Shown piece after piece: positions 1-13,100 of a stretch of DNA of 64,000 bases. Position 1 is the first letter of the stretch. Every line of letters begins with the position of its first letter. A program made the position numbers and the translations under genes. Under the pieces are notes generated by a model. The model was not told the origin of the DNA and searched no databases. It was given only the letters and a program-made list of their open reading frames with translations. The DNA is from Fimbriosthenelais zetlandica (lineage: Eukaryota), in NCBI GenBank assembly GCA_977030845.1, contig OZ365110.1, positions 48,422,001 through 48,486,000 on the forward strand, written 5' to 3'.

Positions 1-1132
1 TCAAATGAAAATCAATAAGTTAACATTAAGGATTATCTGTGAATTTACTGAATGAAACTGTGAGAAATTTAAGTGGATTAAATTCAGTTATACTGGACAG
101 ATGAATTTGTTCCCTCACAGTCATTGCCTTGGGTGTTTTTGATTTATAGCAATTAATTAAATAATAATGTTTTAGGGCAGTAAATTCATGCACTTAGTAT
201 TTAGTAATTGGATCAGGTATTCGGCAATTGTTAATATTACTGCTTGGGTATTACTTCTCAAGATAAATCATTGGGAATCATGCATCCTAAGGAAAACTCC
301 ATTATAGTCCACCTTAAAGCCAGTTCCTAGTCACAAGGAAAGTAGATTTTCTGTTCCCACACCATAAGAATCCTAAAACCAACTTGACAGAGCGCAGAAA
401 CCAACAGATATTTACTATGTAAGAATAAAATATCCTTTTACCACCAAAGGAAAGCCAAAAGGGCCGAGAAAAGTGTCTATAATAGATGTTGATAGATTTT
501 CTTTCAATGAAGACTATTGCAAACGGCCCCAGATTTTGACTGATGACTGAAGTTGGGAGCTACTTCACCATCTGCATGTTGTAATGGCCTACGAGTGCAA
601 TGTTATACCTGTGTAAGGGTCATAAACCAATGCAGCCGTTATATTGACAGACAATTACACTGGTACAACACTGCATTTGTGGACCATAACACTGGTGGAG
701 AACCCGGGCATGACACATGTATTCTTATGAGACCTGCTCTCGATTATGATACACACATACACAGACCTGTACGTACATTTATCAATTATTTCCAGCAGGA
801 AACTGACCAAGTGTAAGAAATGTTACTGCCTATAACTGAAGAATATCCTTAAGAGTAATTAAGCCTAGGGTATAGATGTCAATGCGTCAGACCAAGAGCA
901 CTAATTCATAGGCGGCATAATTAATATGGGAGTCAGATATCATGGATATATGCCTGATAATTATGAGCAAGGGTTAATGGCATAAAGACCACAAATTCCA
1001 GAGCAATGGAGGATGCAGTTACACATATTCTGACATGTCAAAGGAAGGAATGAAAGACTGGTAAAGTTTGTTTTCTGAATACAAGATCTTAAACAATTAT
1101 TTCAAAATTGTTTCAAAGATATATTTATGCCG

Positions 1133-1170
1133 GAAGGGAGATAGAGAGAGACAGAGAGATAGAGAGAAGG
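1133..1170. repeat. Short (GA)n/(GATA)/(GACA) microsatellite
   Basis: gagatagagagagacagagagatagagagaagg. Confidence 0.8.
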
Positions 1171-1215
1171 AAAGTGGGGAAAGTCCTCATCCAGGCAACA
1201 AAACATGAAGATCAC

Positions 1216-1302
1216 CTCAATGGAAAGTCTCCCAACGTTATGGGAAGACCATTGGATGTCCTTGTCTTTGAATCTTTGAATTGCGGTTCCCACTTGTTTG
1301 CC
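1216..1302 (-). CDS. HSPA12: HSPA12 exon (phase 0): GKQVGTAIQRFKDKDIQWSSHNVGRLSIE; 3' boundary uncertain; the gene continues beyond the left window edge
   Basis: Acceptor aatttccag|GGC at 1303/1302. Aligns with the HSPA12 segment G..V..A......V.WSS that follows YKKF. Best donor is GAG|gtgatc at 1216/1215. No further HSPA12 exon was seen in 1-1215. Confidence 0.65.
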
Positions 1303-2251
1303 CTGGAAATTCATTACACAGAAACACTCTTAACATGCACAGAGAAACGAGAGAGGTAGGAGGAAGAAACAAGATCTATCTAACCTTCCGAGGCAAATCA
1401 CGCTTAACAAATGACAAGAACGTTATATATAACGTAATTTTGAGACAGTCTCAGTCGAGACAGCTTCAGATCAGTGCAATGATCCCCTAAAATATGAACT
1501 GAAATTTGTATCCCCTTGGTTTACAATTGTTTCCAGAGTTCTGAAAAAAGCCGAGCACTATTTCCGAATTCCAGGCAGTTTTTGTCAATTGCTCCGACAA
1601 ACATAAATAACAAGGATCACGCAAACCAAACTGTGTTTTAGCTACTATAAAACCTTTTCCTAGTTATAAACAGAAACGCAAAAAGAAAACTTAAAAAGCA
1701 ACAGCAATGATTTAACGATTCCAATTTAGCAATAGTTAAGCAATCATCTGTAAAACAATGGTTAGAGCAGCACCATCTATCTTGAGAATACTGACTGTCG
1801 TCTTGCCATAACAAACATTCATTTATGTGCCTCTGCCCAGAAACAAACATCCCCCTTATAGCCTAGCTGTCCCCAGCCTTACACTTACAGCCTCATATTC
1901 CTCCGCACGTTATTGGGACTTGGTCACTACAAACTCTTAGCTTTGTCTATTTGTACATCCCCTAGGCTATTATTCATGGTGCTGCTCCAGCCAATGCTCA
2001 AGCCCAATACTAGCTTCTGTTAACTTCAAAAATACCAGAGTCAATGTAATATATTGAAATGAAAGGCTTATATTTCTTATGAAACACAATAAATATTGCT
2101 CTCAGTGAACTTAGTGATGTTGCCTCAGAATTTCCCATATTTTTAAGTAACAACGGAATCGGATTGGATATTTATTTATATCTGATAGAGGAGGCACATC
2201 AAAGCGACCTTTAAGGTTGTCGTTCAGATGGGCCACCCCCTATCAGAATGA

Positions 2252-2394
2252 TTCACATTGGTGCGATCTCACAAAATGGAGTTGAAACAAGGGAGTTCTG
2301 CCAAAAATAGGCATCTAACCATGACAGATATTAGGCACTAAAATGCCATTAAAACCTGTATCCCTAAAATTTGATGAAACCACACCAATGTGAA
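2252..2394. mobile_element. MITE-like inverted-repeat element (~143 bp)
   Basis: TTCACATTGGTGCGATCTCACAAAAT (2252-2277) is an imperfect inverted repeat of ATTTGATGAAACCACACCAATGTGAA (2369-2394), with a perfect 12-bp outer part. Confidence 0.5.
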
Positions 2395-2411
2395 AATTGT
2401 ATTAGTGTCAG

Positions 2412-2570
2412 GGGCTCATAACGTCTTCAATACATGTACTTTGATATTAATTTAAATTTAAACGCAAAGAAACAATAAATTGTTTGCAGCTCGGAGCAGA
2501 TTATGCAAACACAATTTTTCTAAATTTGAAAAAAACTAGAAAATTGTGAATATTGATCCGATGTGAGCCC
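2412..2570. mobile_element. MITE-like element with GGGCTCA termini (159 bp)
   Basis: CAG|GGGCTCATAACGTCTTCAATA ... TATTGATCCGATGTGAGCCC|CTG: imperfect ~21-bp TIR with CWG flanks. Confidence 0.45.
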
Positions 2571-3425
2571 CTGTATAACTAGGCACACACTGAGCAATCC
2601 GTGCATTAGATCCATGATCTGACGGCGGTTTGGCTTAGTGTGAACCTAGGATAATAGCATAGAGAAGTAACATACCAAGTATGAGGCGACTACGGTCAGG
2701 AAGGGGCGAACCTACATACTTTCTACAGACTGGAGTCGGTGTAGTCGTACATTACACTACTGACTTAGCCATTCCAAATGACCTTTAGTAAAAACTAAGT
2801 ATAATCAACATGAAACAGCATCCTTCTTTAATTGTTTGCATTAAATGGAAATCAAGAAAAATAATTTAATTTCGGACAAGGTAAATTTGAGTCAATTCAG
2901 GAATCAATTAGGATCCTAATATTATCTCGATTTCAGGATGTTTGGATTTCGATAGCAGATTTACACCATTTAAAAACATGCTGAAATAAGGGTCGAATGA
3001 TAAAAAACGGGGGATATAGGAAAAGCGATTAGTGTCCCGAAAAGGTTTTTTTTTTATAAAAAAAAAATGAACATCTTATATCCTTATCAATAATATTCCA
3101 TAGCTTTGGATATCATGCAACTTGGAAAATGTTATATTAGGTGGTCCATCACCCATCATAATGCCATGACCCATTTTGATGCATTTAATCAGTTATACAA
3201 GATTTCATCGCTATTTCAAGAGTTCTAAATCCACAAGCCCCCTAGTAAATCACAAGGAGGATGGCAGTATATTGGAGATGCAGTATATCATAATGATTAT
3301 TATTATCTTCATCATCTTATAGCAAAATTTCCTAAAACTAAACTTTCTGGGGTTATTATTTTTTTGGTTTGGTATGTTCGCCCCACCTGTTGCCGCCACT
3401 TGCTCATACTCATGGTGGTCATCAC

Positions 3426-3628
3426 CTTGAACTTCTTGTAGAAGTCGATGAAGGAGAAGGGTAGGGATACGTTGAGGGGGTTGTTCTTGAAGGGGCTGGC
3501 TGCACGTTTACGCGACTCAAATGCGATCATGAGGTCGACGTAGCCAGCTGGTCTTTTTGTTCTGAATGTGTCCATGAAGTCTTTCCCGAAGATCTGCTCC
3601 AGGAGCTCCTCAAATGCCATATCAACAC
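3426..3628 (-). CDS. HSPA12: HSPA12 exon (phase 1-0): [68 protein letters not shown]
   Basis: Acceptor ctctcag|GT; donor TTC AAG|gtgatg; 203 nt. [14 protein letters not shown]...PLN..LPFSFID.YKKF is an HSPA12A/B-type signature. Confidence 0.95.
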
Positions 3629-3890
3629 CTGAGAGCAAATAAAAACAGGATATAAGATAAGTTGTACGAGGAGATATCCTAGGGGTCCACAATAAAAAAA
3701 TAAATTTTTTTCCTTCTCGAGTACTTTACAGTATTAGGAAAAAGAATTAAAAAAATTTCTCTACAAAACAGGATATAAGTTCTCTAATTAATCATTCTAA
3801 TCCATCATTCATAATTTTAATAATTAGCCACCTTATATAACGGATAGTTATATGTCAGATAATTATAAAGTGCTTTTAAATTCTACCTAC

Positions 3891-4016
3891 CAATGGAGCC
3901 GAAAGGCCCTCCCGTGGCTTTGTGTAACTCTTTGAGAGTACCAGATTTGGATTCCATTTCATGGACAGTCATGTCCACAGTTCCTCCACCGCAGTCCACC
4001 ACAATGTAACGAGTAC
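3891..4016 (-). CDS. HSPA12: HSPA12 exon (phase 1-1): [42 protein letters not shown]
   Basis: Acceptor ttgtacag|GT; donor ATT G|gtaggt; 126 nt. Contains the phosphate-2 motif [13 protein letters not shown]. Not in the ORF track; read manually. Confidence 0.95.
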
Positions 4017-5633
4017 CTGTACAAGTTACATCAATAATCAATAAAAGTTGACGGCTTCATATATCAACAGCCTTTTCCAGAAATGTTATTCACTTAACCT
4101 AAACAGAGAAAAACTCTATTTCTAAATACAATGTAGTTTATAGTAAAACTTGTATTTCTTGCTACAGGACTTGTGAACTATCACTATAAATAGTAGAATT
4201 GATTACCTAAGTACGTGAATATAATATAAAAATAATCTGACTCATATGAACAAAATGCCTCTTGCTTTATGTTTCAGGTCATGCTTGACATTATTAATAC
4301 AGTTATTACTTAGCGCAAAAGAATAGGGTTACATAGCCTACCACCACATCGACTATGGGAAAACCCCATAGGAAGCCATGGGGGAAAAGACAGATACATA
4401 TCATCAGACTGCATCATTTCCATCTGAATTTTTTTTAGGGCAGATGCACCCGATGTTTATGTATAGCCTATGGAGGCTGCAAGTTGCCACAAGATAAGTG
4501 AAAGTAGGATTGGGAACTCCCCACTTCTGGGACCAACGCATCATAACTGGAGATGGTCAAATATGATATTTTCTAAAGGAGATCGTGTTTTTGAATGATT
4601 GCGAGCAGGCCTAAAAATGCAATAGGATGTCAGTTCTGTTGTATTTAAGGTAAGGTTCTACGAAAGCTTATTGTTGGGTAATAAATATATATGGACCCCA
4701 ACAGTAGAATTTTCCCTTCTCCTTTCACAGCTCCTTTAGGAGCAGCCTTGCAGCAAATTGCAGGTAATGAATATTTATTCACAAAGTCAGTGAGCTGTAT
4801 GGATGAACAGAAAAGATTTAATGTCCCCAAACAAGGTTTGTGTGAGCTTATGTGAGAAAGAATTTGTATATGTGTTCCTACATAAACTATTTGACCCTCT
4901 GAGTTATACCTGTATATTGAAATCATGCATGGAACGGGTACCAATAATTATTGAAAGGCCAAATTCAAAAGTGTACTGCATCTAAACTAGCTTTTTAAAA
5001 AATATTTTCAAGGTTTTTTCATATCGAATATCTAAAATATGGCTGGCAGATGTCTTCCGCATCCGAAATATAGGATTGAACGAATATGTAATTGAAGGCG
5101 AATAAAAGTACATCAATGGCATAAGACAAATACCCCAACCTTGGTGACATGAAAGTAATAACAATTGAAGGAGATTTGGAAAGGGTTAGTGTCTAGTAGT
5201 AAGTACTGCGATGTACTCATGCTTACATGCTGGGAGAACTGCATTTCCATGGAAGAATAGAATAAGGTAACGGTTTAAAGTACAGTGGTAGAAAATGATA
5301 TAAAGGTGGGTGGAATCTCTATATGATTGGAAATAAAGCAATGTCATAACATAGCAAGCTTAACATCTAAACACATCAAACCAAAAAGGTCATGATTCTA
5401 AATATTGATTGTATGCATGCAAATGCATCCCCAGATAACAAAATTTTGGGCATACCCCTTGCCAAAATGAAGGGAAGTAAACCCTAATTTCTTTCCTGGA
5501 AACCTTATTCCCTGGGGTTTCATCATGGGAGTTTGGGTTTGTAAACCATAACTTGGGAATTTTGGGTTACAATGCATTCCAGTCCCTTAGACGGTGGAAA
5601 GGTTATTAAAACATTTCTATGTTGTAAACTGAC

Positions 5634-5831
5634 CTGGTAGGTCTACTTCAGTCCCCACTGTAGAAAGATTGGGTTCGATCGGGAAAATGGCTGTTGTGTC
5701 ATGTTCAGTGGGCGTTCCGGGGGGAATGGGCGTGGAGGAGGCTCGGGCACCTGGGGTATGGAGGGAGTCTGGGGTGGAGGAACGTTGGGAAGGAGGGGTC
5801 GCAGGAATCGGGGACGTGCCAGGCGAAACAC
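5634..5831 (-). CDS. HSPA12: Pro/Ser/Thr-rich symmetric (phase 1-1) exon, probable cassette: GVSPGTSPIPATPPSQRSSTPDSLHTPGARASSTPIPPGTPTEHDTTAIFPIEPNLSTVGTEVDLP
   Basis: Acceptor taatttcag|GT; donor CCA G|gtcagt; 198 nt with an open frame. GC-rich island inside an AT-rich intron; phases match both flanking exons. Confidence 0.75.
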
Positions 5832-6838
5832 CTGAAATTAATTCAAAATAAAACTCATGCAGAAATCTACAAATGAGAGCTGAAAACTAAAATGATAACA
5901 CTAAAAGGAAAACATAAAGTTACTGAAAAAGGCCAAAACCAGTGCTGGTGTTCAGATATGCTAGTGGTTTGAGCATCAAAATTGCCACCAATAATTTAGA
6001 AATTTAAAATTTCATTCAAAGATATGTTAGAGACAAAACAGTCTCGCAATATTTCAACGACAGCACATCTGAACCACGGAGAGACAAACCATTGCAAGTA
6101 GAAGATATATGTGCGCAAGATTGTATCAAATCTATTAAAATTTAAAGTTCAAACAAACTTAGCAATAATAGTGAAAAATACTCAACACAAAAATTAACAC
6201 CAACGCTATATACAAAGAAACATGAAATAATGTTAAAGGAATATGTGATTTTTTACTTTGAGGGCCACACCATGCAGGAGATGAACTTTCATGCGCTGAA
6301 TCCCAATCAATTGGCGTGAGGTGTGTGTGCAAGGCACGTGGCCATTTCACAAGGAAAATGTGCATTATGAAATAATGTGCTGTTGCAAAACGGCCTGGCT
6401 GTAGTTACATTAAAATTGAATGTGGAGTAAAAAAAAAAATAAGATCCACCCCCACGGAAACAGGAAGGAAAGGAATCTCATTATATATGGAGGAGAACAA
6501 AACACCGGGCACTCCCTGTCAATCCACAATGGACATTCTACCATTTTGAGAATCCAAGATCCCCACTAGACCCACTGTCCTCTTTTCAAAGTAAAAAGCC
6601 CAAAAGAGGTCAAGGACATCCGACAGTGTACTGTAGAAACAGGGTAAATGTTACATTTTAATACCAGAAGGTATTAGATTAGCATGGATAATGAATACAG
6701 TAAAAAGCTCCGTTGGGAAAAGGAAAACAAAACCTCTGTTAGAATGCATTAAGGCTGTGAGGAAGGTAATTCCCACCAGTTCCTCTTGTCTATGTTTGGT
6801 GTGTAAGAACCATTAAGGTGCATCTTTCTCTCACTTAC

Positions 6839-7052
6839 CAGCCTTGATTTCGTCCGAAATTCTCTCAGAGCTGAGGGGCTCAGGTGTTTGCGATCTGTAG
6901 AGAGGGGAGGTGGGCGGTGTGAGGGGTGACTTGGGGGGCGGCACCTCTGGAACGAGCTGATGCATTCTCAACTTCCGGCAGAAAATGGACGCAGCTTCCG
7001 GCTCCAGGGCTATTAGCAGCTGATCGGGATATTCCGGCGAGGCTATGCCAGC
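6839..7052 (-). CDS. HSPA12: HSPA12 exon (phase 0-1): [36 protein letters not shown]...DEIKA
   Basis: Acceptor ttctttag|GCT; donor GCT G|gtaagt; 214 nt. Contains the [13 protein letters not shown] connect motif. Read manually; the ORF track shows a different frame here. Confidence 0.93.
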
Positions 7053-7315
7053 CTAAAGAACAATGAAACACAAATCACCAAAAGGTCGATATATATAATA
7101 TATCATCTCAGCCTTGTTGAACATAGGCCTATAGGCGACCAGAACATATCAAAGAAAACTGAAATAATTTATTTACATTATGAATTATATTGTACTTAAT
7201 ATAATAAGAAACTGATAGAAGAACAAATACAAGTCCATCTCCACATCAATCAACAAGTGAACGCATCATGACATTATAGGAACATTGACATTCGATTTTT
7301 TTGGCGACTCTTTAC

Positions 7316-7537
7316 CTGATAGGCTGCAGTTCGCATGAACTGTTTGGCTGGTGCCTTCCATATTGCTGGTACAGTGATGACCCAGCGTACATCCTCATTT
7401 AGGATCCTCGTACCAGATTGGTCGGACAGCTCGCTCAGTGCATGACTCTTGAAGAAGCGCAGGGCGTGGGCGAAGATAGTAAGAGCGGGCATCTCGGTGC
7501 CATTGTGGGATTTTAATTGTGTGTCTGCGTCCAGGTA
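7316..7537 (-). CDS. HSPA12: HSPA12 exon (phase 0-0): [13 protein letters not shown]...[10 protein letters not shown]...[26 protein letters not shown]
   Basis: Acceptor ttatcacttcag|TAC; donor TAT CAG|gtaaag; 222 nt. Contains the HSPA12 signature [11 protein letters not shown]...AKQFMR.AAYQ. Confidence 0.95.
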
Positions 7538-10109
7538 CTGAAGTGATAACGACAAAAAATGAGAAATACAAAATATTTTTTTTTAACAAATCAAGGAGAT
7601 AAGGCAAAGGTTCTTTCCCGGAATCCAATTATACATAACATATTTATGGGCTTCATTGACGATGATGTAGCGAATGGCTCAGCAGGAACCGGCGCATTGA
7701 TCACTGTAAAGAGATAAACTCCATGGAGAAGAACAAAGCAGAATAGATTTAAAAGGGAAAGCTATATTTCAATTGGAAGATCTGGTTTTATTAAAATCCT
7801 GTTCTAATATTCTGGGAATTATGTATCAATATAGCAGGGGTTTTACCGCATTATATTTTACGATGTTGGAACTCTCTGCCAAGCAGTTGGGAAAAAGCTC
7901 TCACTCTCAAAGAGCCCTATCTGATAACTCCTCCGGCAAGAAGGAGAAATCACATGAGTATAAGCGGTACCATAAATGAAATTCACTAAACTTCTTAATC
8001 AAGTACAAAGGATCTCCACTATCCTTTTAGAATTGTAGTGCCAGGTAAAGGTGAAAGAGCAATTTATTATTTAACCTGGGGCCAGACTGGTTACATTGGG
8101 TTGTCCGCTTGGAACCCCTACAGACCAAACTAGGTTGCCAGCCCTATTGTCTATACCGTAAAGGCTCGCCTGGGCTCAAAAGCTTCAACTAAATTCATCA
8201 CTTATATAAAATATAACACTTAACGGGCCTTGTATTATTGTTCTAAGGGTTTCAAAGATACCATAGCCATTCAGTGATTGCCTCAGATAATAAGCTGGAG
8301 GTATGTCATACTAGGCTGCCTATACGCGTCAGTGCGGTATTGTATTGTGTATGCACGCCTACGCTTTGGCCTTCGGCCTCAATATGATGGATTGAAGCCA
8401 ATAGACTAGCACCACTTCTTCAAAATTGGTTCTCAGCTAGTCCCAACAAGGAAATCCCCCTGTATAAACCCGCTGAGAAAATTGCTTCGGGGTAAGAGAA
8501 AACGTCTCAATTCTCCCAGCAATGACCGGACCTACAGAACTCCCTCAATTGTCATTCCAAGTGGTTTAAGGAGTGAAAGGTAGAGAGAGGCTATCAAACC
8601 ATGTACTTGAGTGAGTCATGCCCCTGCTGGATCCCCGCGGCAGATCTATTCTTACACCCATGATATATCAATAATCGATAGCCAGGCAGACAGGAAGGCA
8701 ACACAGAGAAAAAAGCCTAGACAAGCTCAATGAATTTTGTTCAAATGTCCAATAATGAAAACTCCACCCAGGGTGTTCAATGTATGCAGTGAATCAATTG
8801 TACGAAATCCTAAACTTCAAAATAAAATAGATATTCAAAGGATGTGAATGGAAACATTGAGCACAATGAACAGTAATGGCCCGATGACAAGTTGGTCTAA
8901 TAGCCTTTGATATGATGAATACCGTATAATAGGAGGTTTGTTGGTTGTTCACATTCAGAAGGCTAAAAATGTAAGATGATCTTAAATAATAAGATATCCA
9001 TTCATCATATATATAGATCATCTCTACAACTATTAAAACGTAAAGTTCTAGGTACAGAAAGCATGGGTCCATAACATCCAGGATATGAGTAACGTGAAAT
9101 AAGAGACCTCCTTCAGCATTGTCAGCAGAAAAGTTTAATCACCTCCCACATCGTCTGTCCGTTTACTTCATAAACATATCATGTTCAAGGTGTTAAATGA
9201 GCACAGAAACATTATAACCGGGGACCCGGTTAATATAACAAAACTCTGCACCATTAACACACAAGTACCCAGAAGCTATTATACGTATGTAGGGAGGAAA
9301 ACAGAGTACATTTTTAAGGATATGGCCCCGTTGATTGAATACTGAGGATCGAATATTGGACCCCACTGTTCTGAAACCCCAGCATGATGGTCACTCAGAG
9401 GCAAGATAAGCATTTCAGTGAAACTGTCTCAGATGTGAACATCATCATCCAATAAGGGGGAAAGTTGATATGTAATAGGAGGCCATCCTGGCTAAATACC
9501 TGTATAATTTGGTGGTGCCTGAAACAATTAAGGATGTTAGAAATCAGATACACTACACATACCCTGTGCTCAGCATCCCTATACATATACATTACGATGC
9601 TAGTAGCCACTGAATATAGAAGCAACTGGACAGGTGCTTGTTCCCATGTGACAGCAGAAGCACAAACTGTGGTAGCATCTGACAGTAGGCTATGGCGAGT
9701 TCTGTGGATACCCCTCTTTGAACTCTTTGTTCCTTTGCGATATTAATTAATATGTATACAAGTAGATTTCCCACTTATGAATGCAATTATTGTTTTGCCT
9801 AATAAATGTTAATTGGAAGTTGGAGGGAGCTTGAGGGAGGTGCATCAATATTTACAGTCAGTATTAGGGCTTTTCATCTGAGGTGAATGGGCCTGCAGAG
9901 GCAATAGGGACAACTTCCAGACCTGTATACAAGTAGGCAGAGAGTCCATCTCAATACCAGGAAGGACCGCACTTCTATATAGGAAATAACTTATTCCTTT
10001 TACTTTACTTGGATTACAGAAACATTTTTAAAAAATTAATAAATTTCTAATGGCAATGAATATGTTTGAAATAAATGATAAAACTGATGAAATAAAAGAA
10101 GCAACTTAC

Positions 10110-13100
10110 TTGACTATAATGAAGAGCCATTTTGAACTTGTCGAAGTAAAGCCAGTTCCTGGCCTCATTCTGATCAAGATCATGGTAGCTGTCTCGGGCT
10201 GTGAAGCCGAATGAGTGGAAGGTTCCTTCAGGTGTCAAGAGCAGGCAGGTAGGGGTTTTTTGGTTAATTACTCCAGGATCGCCACCTTCCCATTTCCTCA
10301 TCATGTGAATGCTGTCGGGATCACGAGTAAAACTGAAAGCATACCCGCTAAATGTCGTACCAAAGTCAATGGCAACGACAACAAAGTGTGCTGTGGGCCT
10401 CGCAGGGTCTGAGCCTGTGCCAGAGTCTACGGAGCTTCTGTGACTGCGGGCCAGGGCACCATCGAAATGGATGTCACCAGGTCCGACAGCACTTTGGGAA
10501 CCTGGTGATTGCTGCAGGGGACTGCTGCTACTTTGTGTGACGGCAACTTCATTCTTTACAACCATTTGTGGTTGTCCTTCTACTTCTTGTGTGTGTTCTG
10601 TTTGAATTACATGTGATTCGCCATTTTCATCAATTTCTGTCCGTGTAGTACGCACAGTGACAACACGGTGACTAGAAATTTGTGATGTTATTGTCTGAAC
10701 TTCTCTCTGGAGACTGTGTTGTTCACCAGGTACTATATATTCTGTAGTTTCACTATGTGTCACACTTGCTGCAGTATCTAATTGTTCCGGTTGTGAAGTC
10801 GGTGAACCAGCAGTTGTTGGAATGGAAGTTGCGCGGGCAACTTTTTCAGGAGAATCTTCCTCCATAGGTACAAACTCCATGGATGCTGGTCCACCCTTGA
10901 AAGTTAGACTTCCTGAATCTGTTGGGCCTTTTGACCCATAGTCTTTATCCTCAGATTTTCTAGAGTCTATACTTGATGAATCATCACTTTTTCCTGATTC
11001 ACGTTTCTTTTTCTTTTTCTTTTTCTCTAATGTACTTTCCTTCTTTTTGTCTCTGCTAAACAAACCAAAGAATTTACTTCGGCTTGGACTTTTTGGTGGT
11101 TTGCTAGATTGGTCTTGATTTGGATCATCTTGTCCAACACTCACAGTAAGTCCAGGTGCTGATGCTTGAAGACCACTAGCTGATGACACTTTTATCACTT
11201 CTTCTGTTTCAGTCACAGTTACTCCAGGAGTACTCTCTGCACCAATATCGCCCTCCATTTTTAATCCTTTGATAACTAATTGGTCTGAATCTGTCACCTT
11301 TAAAAATTCTTCACTTCTCTCATTGAAAATTTTGTCTATATATTCTATTTGTTCTCGTTTTTCTTGAGTGTCTTCTACCACAGATACTTTTGGAACTGAG
11401 AACGTAGGACCTACTATTTGAACACCAGATGTTTTATCACTGTCACTTTCTGGCAACTCTTCTGTATGTACTTTTCCTGACAGTCCTTCTACTGTAAAGT
11501 CTGACTTTTCACTGTGACCTCCAAAATGCAAGGATGGAACTTCACCCTCCAAATGAAGGTCCTTTACACCCCTAAGTTCGGCCTCTGGTTGAGTATCTAA
11601 TGTTCCAACCTCGCCGGGAGCAAACTCACCCTTTTTGTGTTTGGAGAACTTAGGCAAGGAGATATGGGGCCCTTTGATCTTCCACCGAGAGTCTTTTTCC
11701 CTCTCTGCCCCAGGAAGGTCTACCTCAGCACTAAGATCAGCTTGCTCACTATCTGACTGTGGTAAAGAACTGTCTAAATTAATATCATATGAACCCTTCT
11801 TTCTGTTTTTGAATTTGCCAAAAGTCCTTGAGAAGAAACCAGTGGGTTCTTGCACTACTTCAGTATCACCAACAGCTATTTCGTTCTGTGGTTCAAGTGT
11901 TGATGACCTTACATCTACAGCATGGAGAGAAATATCTGTTTCACCAGAGTTAGTAACCCTCAATTTAGACTCACGACCTTTCACAGAGGTGTCAGTATCA
12001 AATGTAGGTTCTGTGATTTCAGGATCATGTCCAAATGTGATATCACTTGAGGGAAATTCAGCATCGGGAATGTCTGACCTCTTGCCACCCAATCTTCCTT
12101 TTATGCCACCTTCTATTTCTGGAATGTTTTTGACGTCTAGCTTAAAATCACCTTCCTTAATTATATCTGCATCATCAATAACTATTTCTCCCTGTCTATC
12201 ACTAGAAAGTTTGGGCAAAGATATATCAGGACCCCTAACCTTCCATCTGGGGCTTTTACCCTTGACTTTTATATCAGGTTCTTGAAGGTCTACGTCAGGT
12301 TTTCTGGGGGAATCTTTGCTCACTGAAATATCTAGATCTTCTGGGTACGGTTCAGCAGCATATTCATCATCACTAATAGAAACAGTGGGCTTCTTTCTTG
12401 AGAATCTTGGGAGACTGAATGATGGCCCCTTAATTTTCCACTTCCCACCCTTCAACTTTGGGGTTTCACCATCAACGTCAGGTCCTTCAACACTGATGTC
12501 TCCCTCTGGTAGTTCACCTTCAACACTGATGTCAGGCTTTTTGATATCTATGCCAGCTTTGGCACCGTAGGGTTCCTCGACAATGTCCACGTCTCCTACG
12601 CTTATTTCACCTTGGCCTTTACCTCCAAACTTGGGAAGGGAGAAGCTGGGAAGATTGATGCTAGGTCCCTTGAATCTCCACTTACGACCCTGCTTGTCAA
12701 CCTTGATGTCTGGACCTTCGATGTCAGCCTCAACTGGTTCAAATTCTCCCTCAAGTTCAGCGTCTGGGCCTTCAAATTCAGGTTTCTCTATTACAATCTC
12801 ACCCTGAGGCCCCTTACCACCAAACTTGGGAAGGGAGAAGCTGGGAAGATCGATGCTAGGTCCCTTGAATCTCCACTTGCGACCCTGCTTGTCAACTTTG
12901 ATGTCTGGTCCTTCGATGTCAGCCTCAACTGGTTCAAATTCTCCTTCAAGTTCAGCGTCAGGGCCTTCAAATTCTGGTTTCTCTATCACAATCTCACCTT
13001 GAGGTTTCTTGCCACCAAATTTGGGAAGAGAGAAGCTGGGGAGGCCAAAGCTAGGTCCCTTGAATCTCCACTTGCGACCTTTGGTGTCTACCTTTATGTC

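Noticed and set aside
1638-1850. ORF 1638-1850 as the next HSPA12 exon
   Set aside because: No similarity to the expected HSPA12 sequence; the exon at 1302 fits instead.
8368-8378. GGCCTTCGGCC mini-hairpin as a transposon end
   Set aside because: Too short, with no partner terminus or second copy in the window.
10047-10109. ORF tail '[20 protein letters not shown]'
   Set aside because: Read-through past the GTAAGT donor into the intron; HSPA12 similarity resumes at 7537.
10110-10390. Canonical HSP70/DnaK assignment
   Set aside because: The motifs ([39 protein letters not shown]) are HSPA12-type, not GIDLGTTYS or TVPAYF as in canonical Hsp70.
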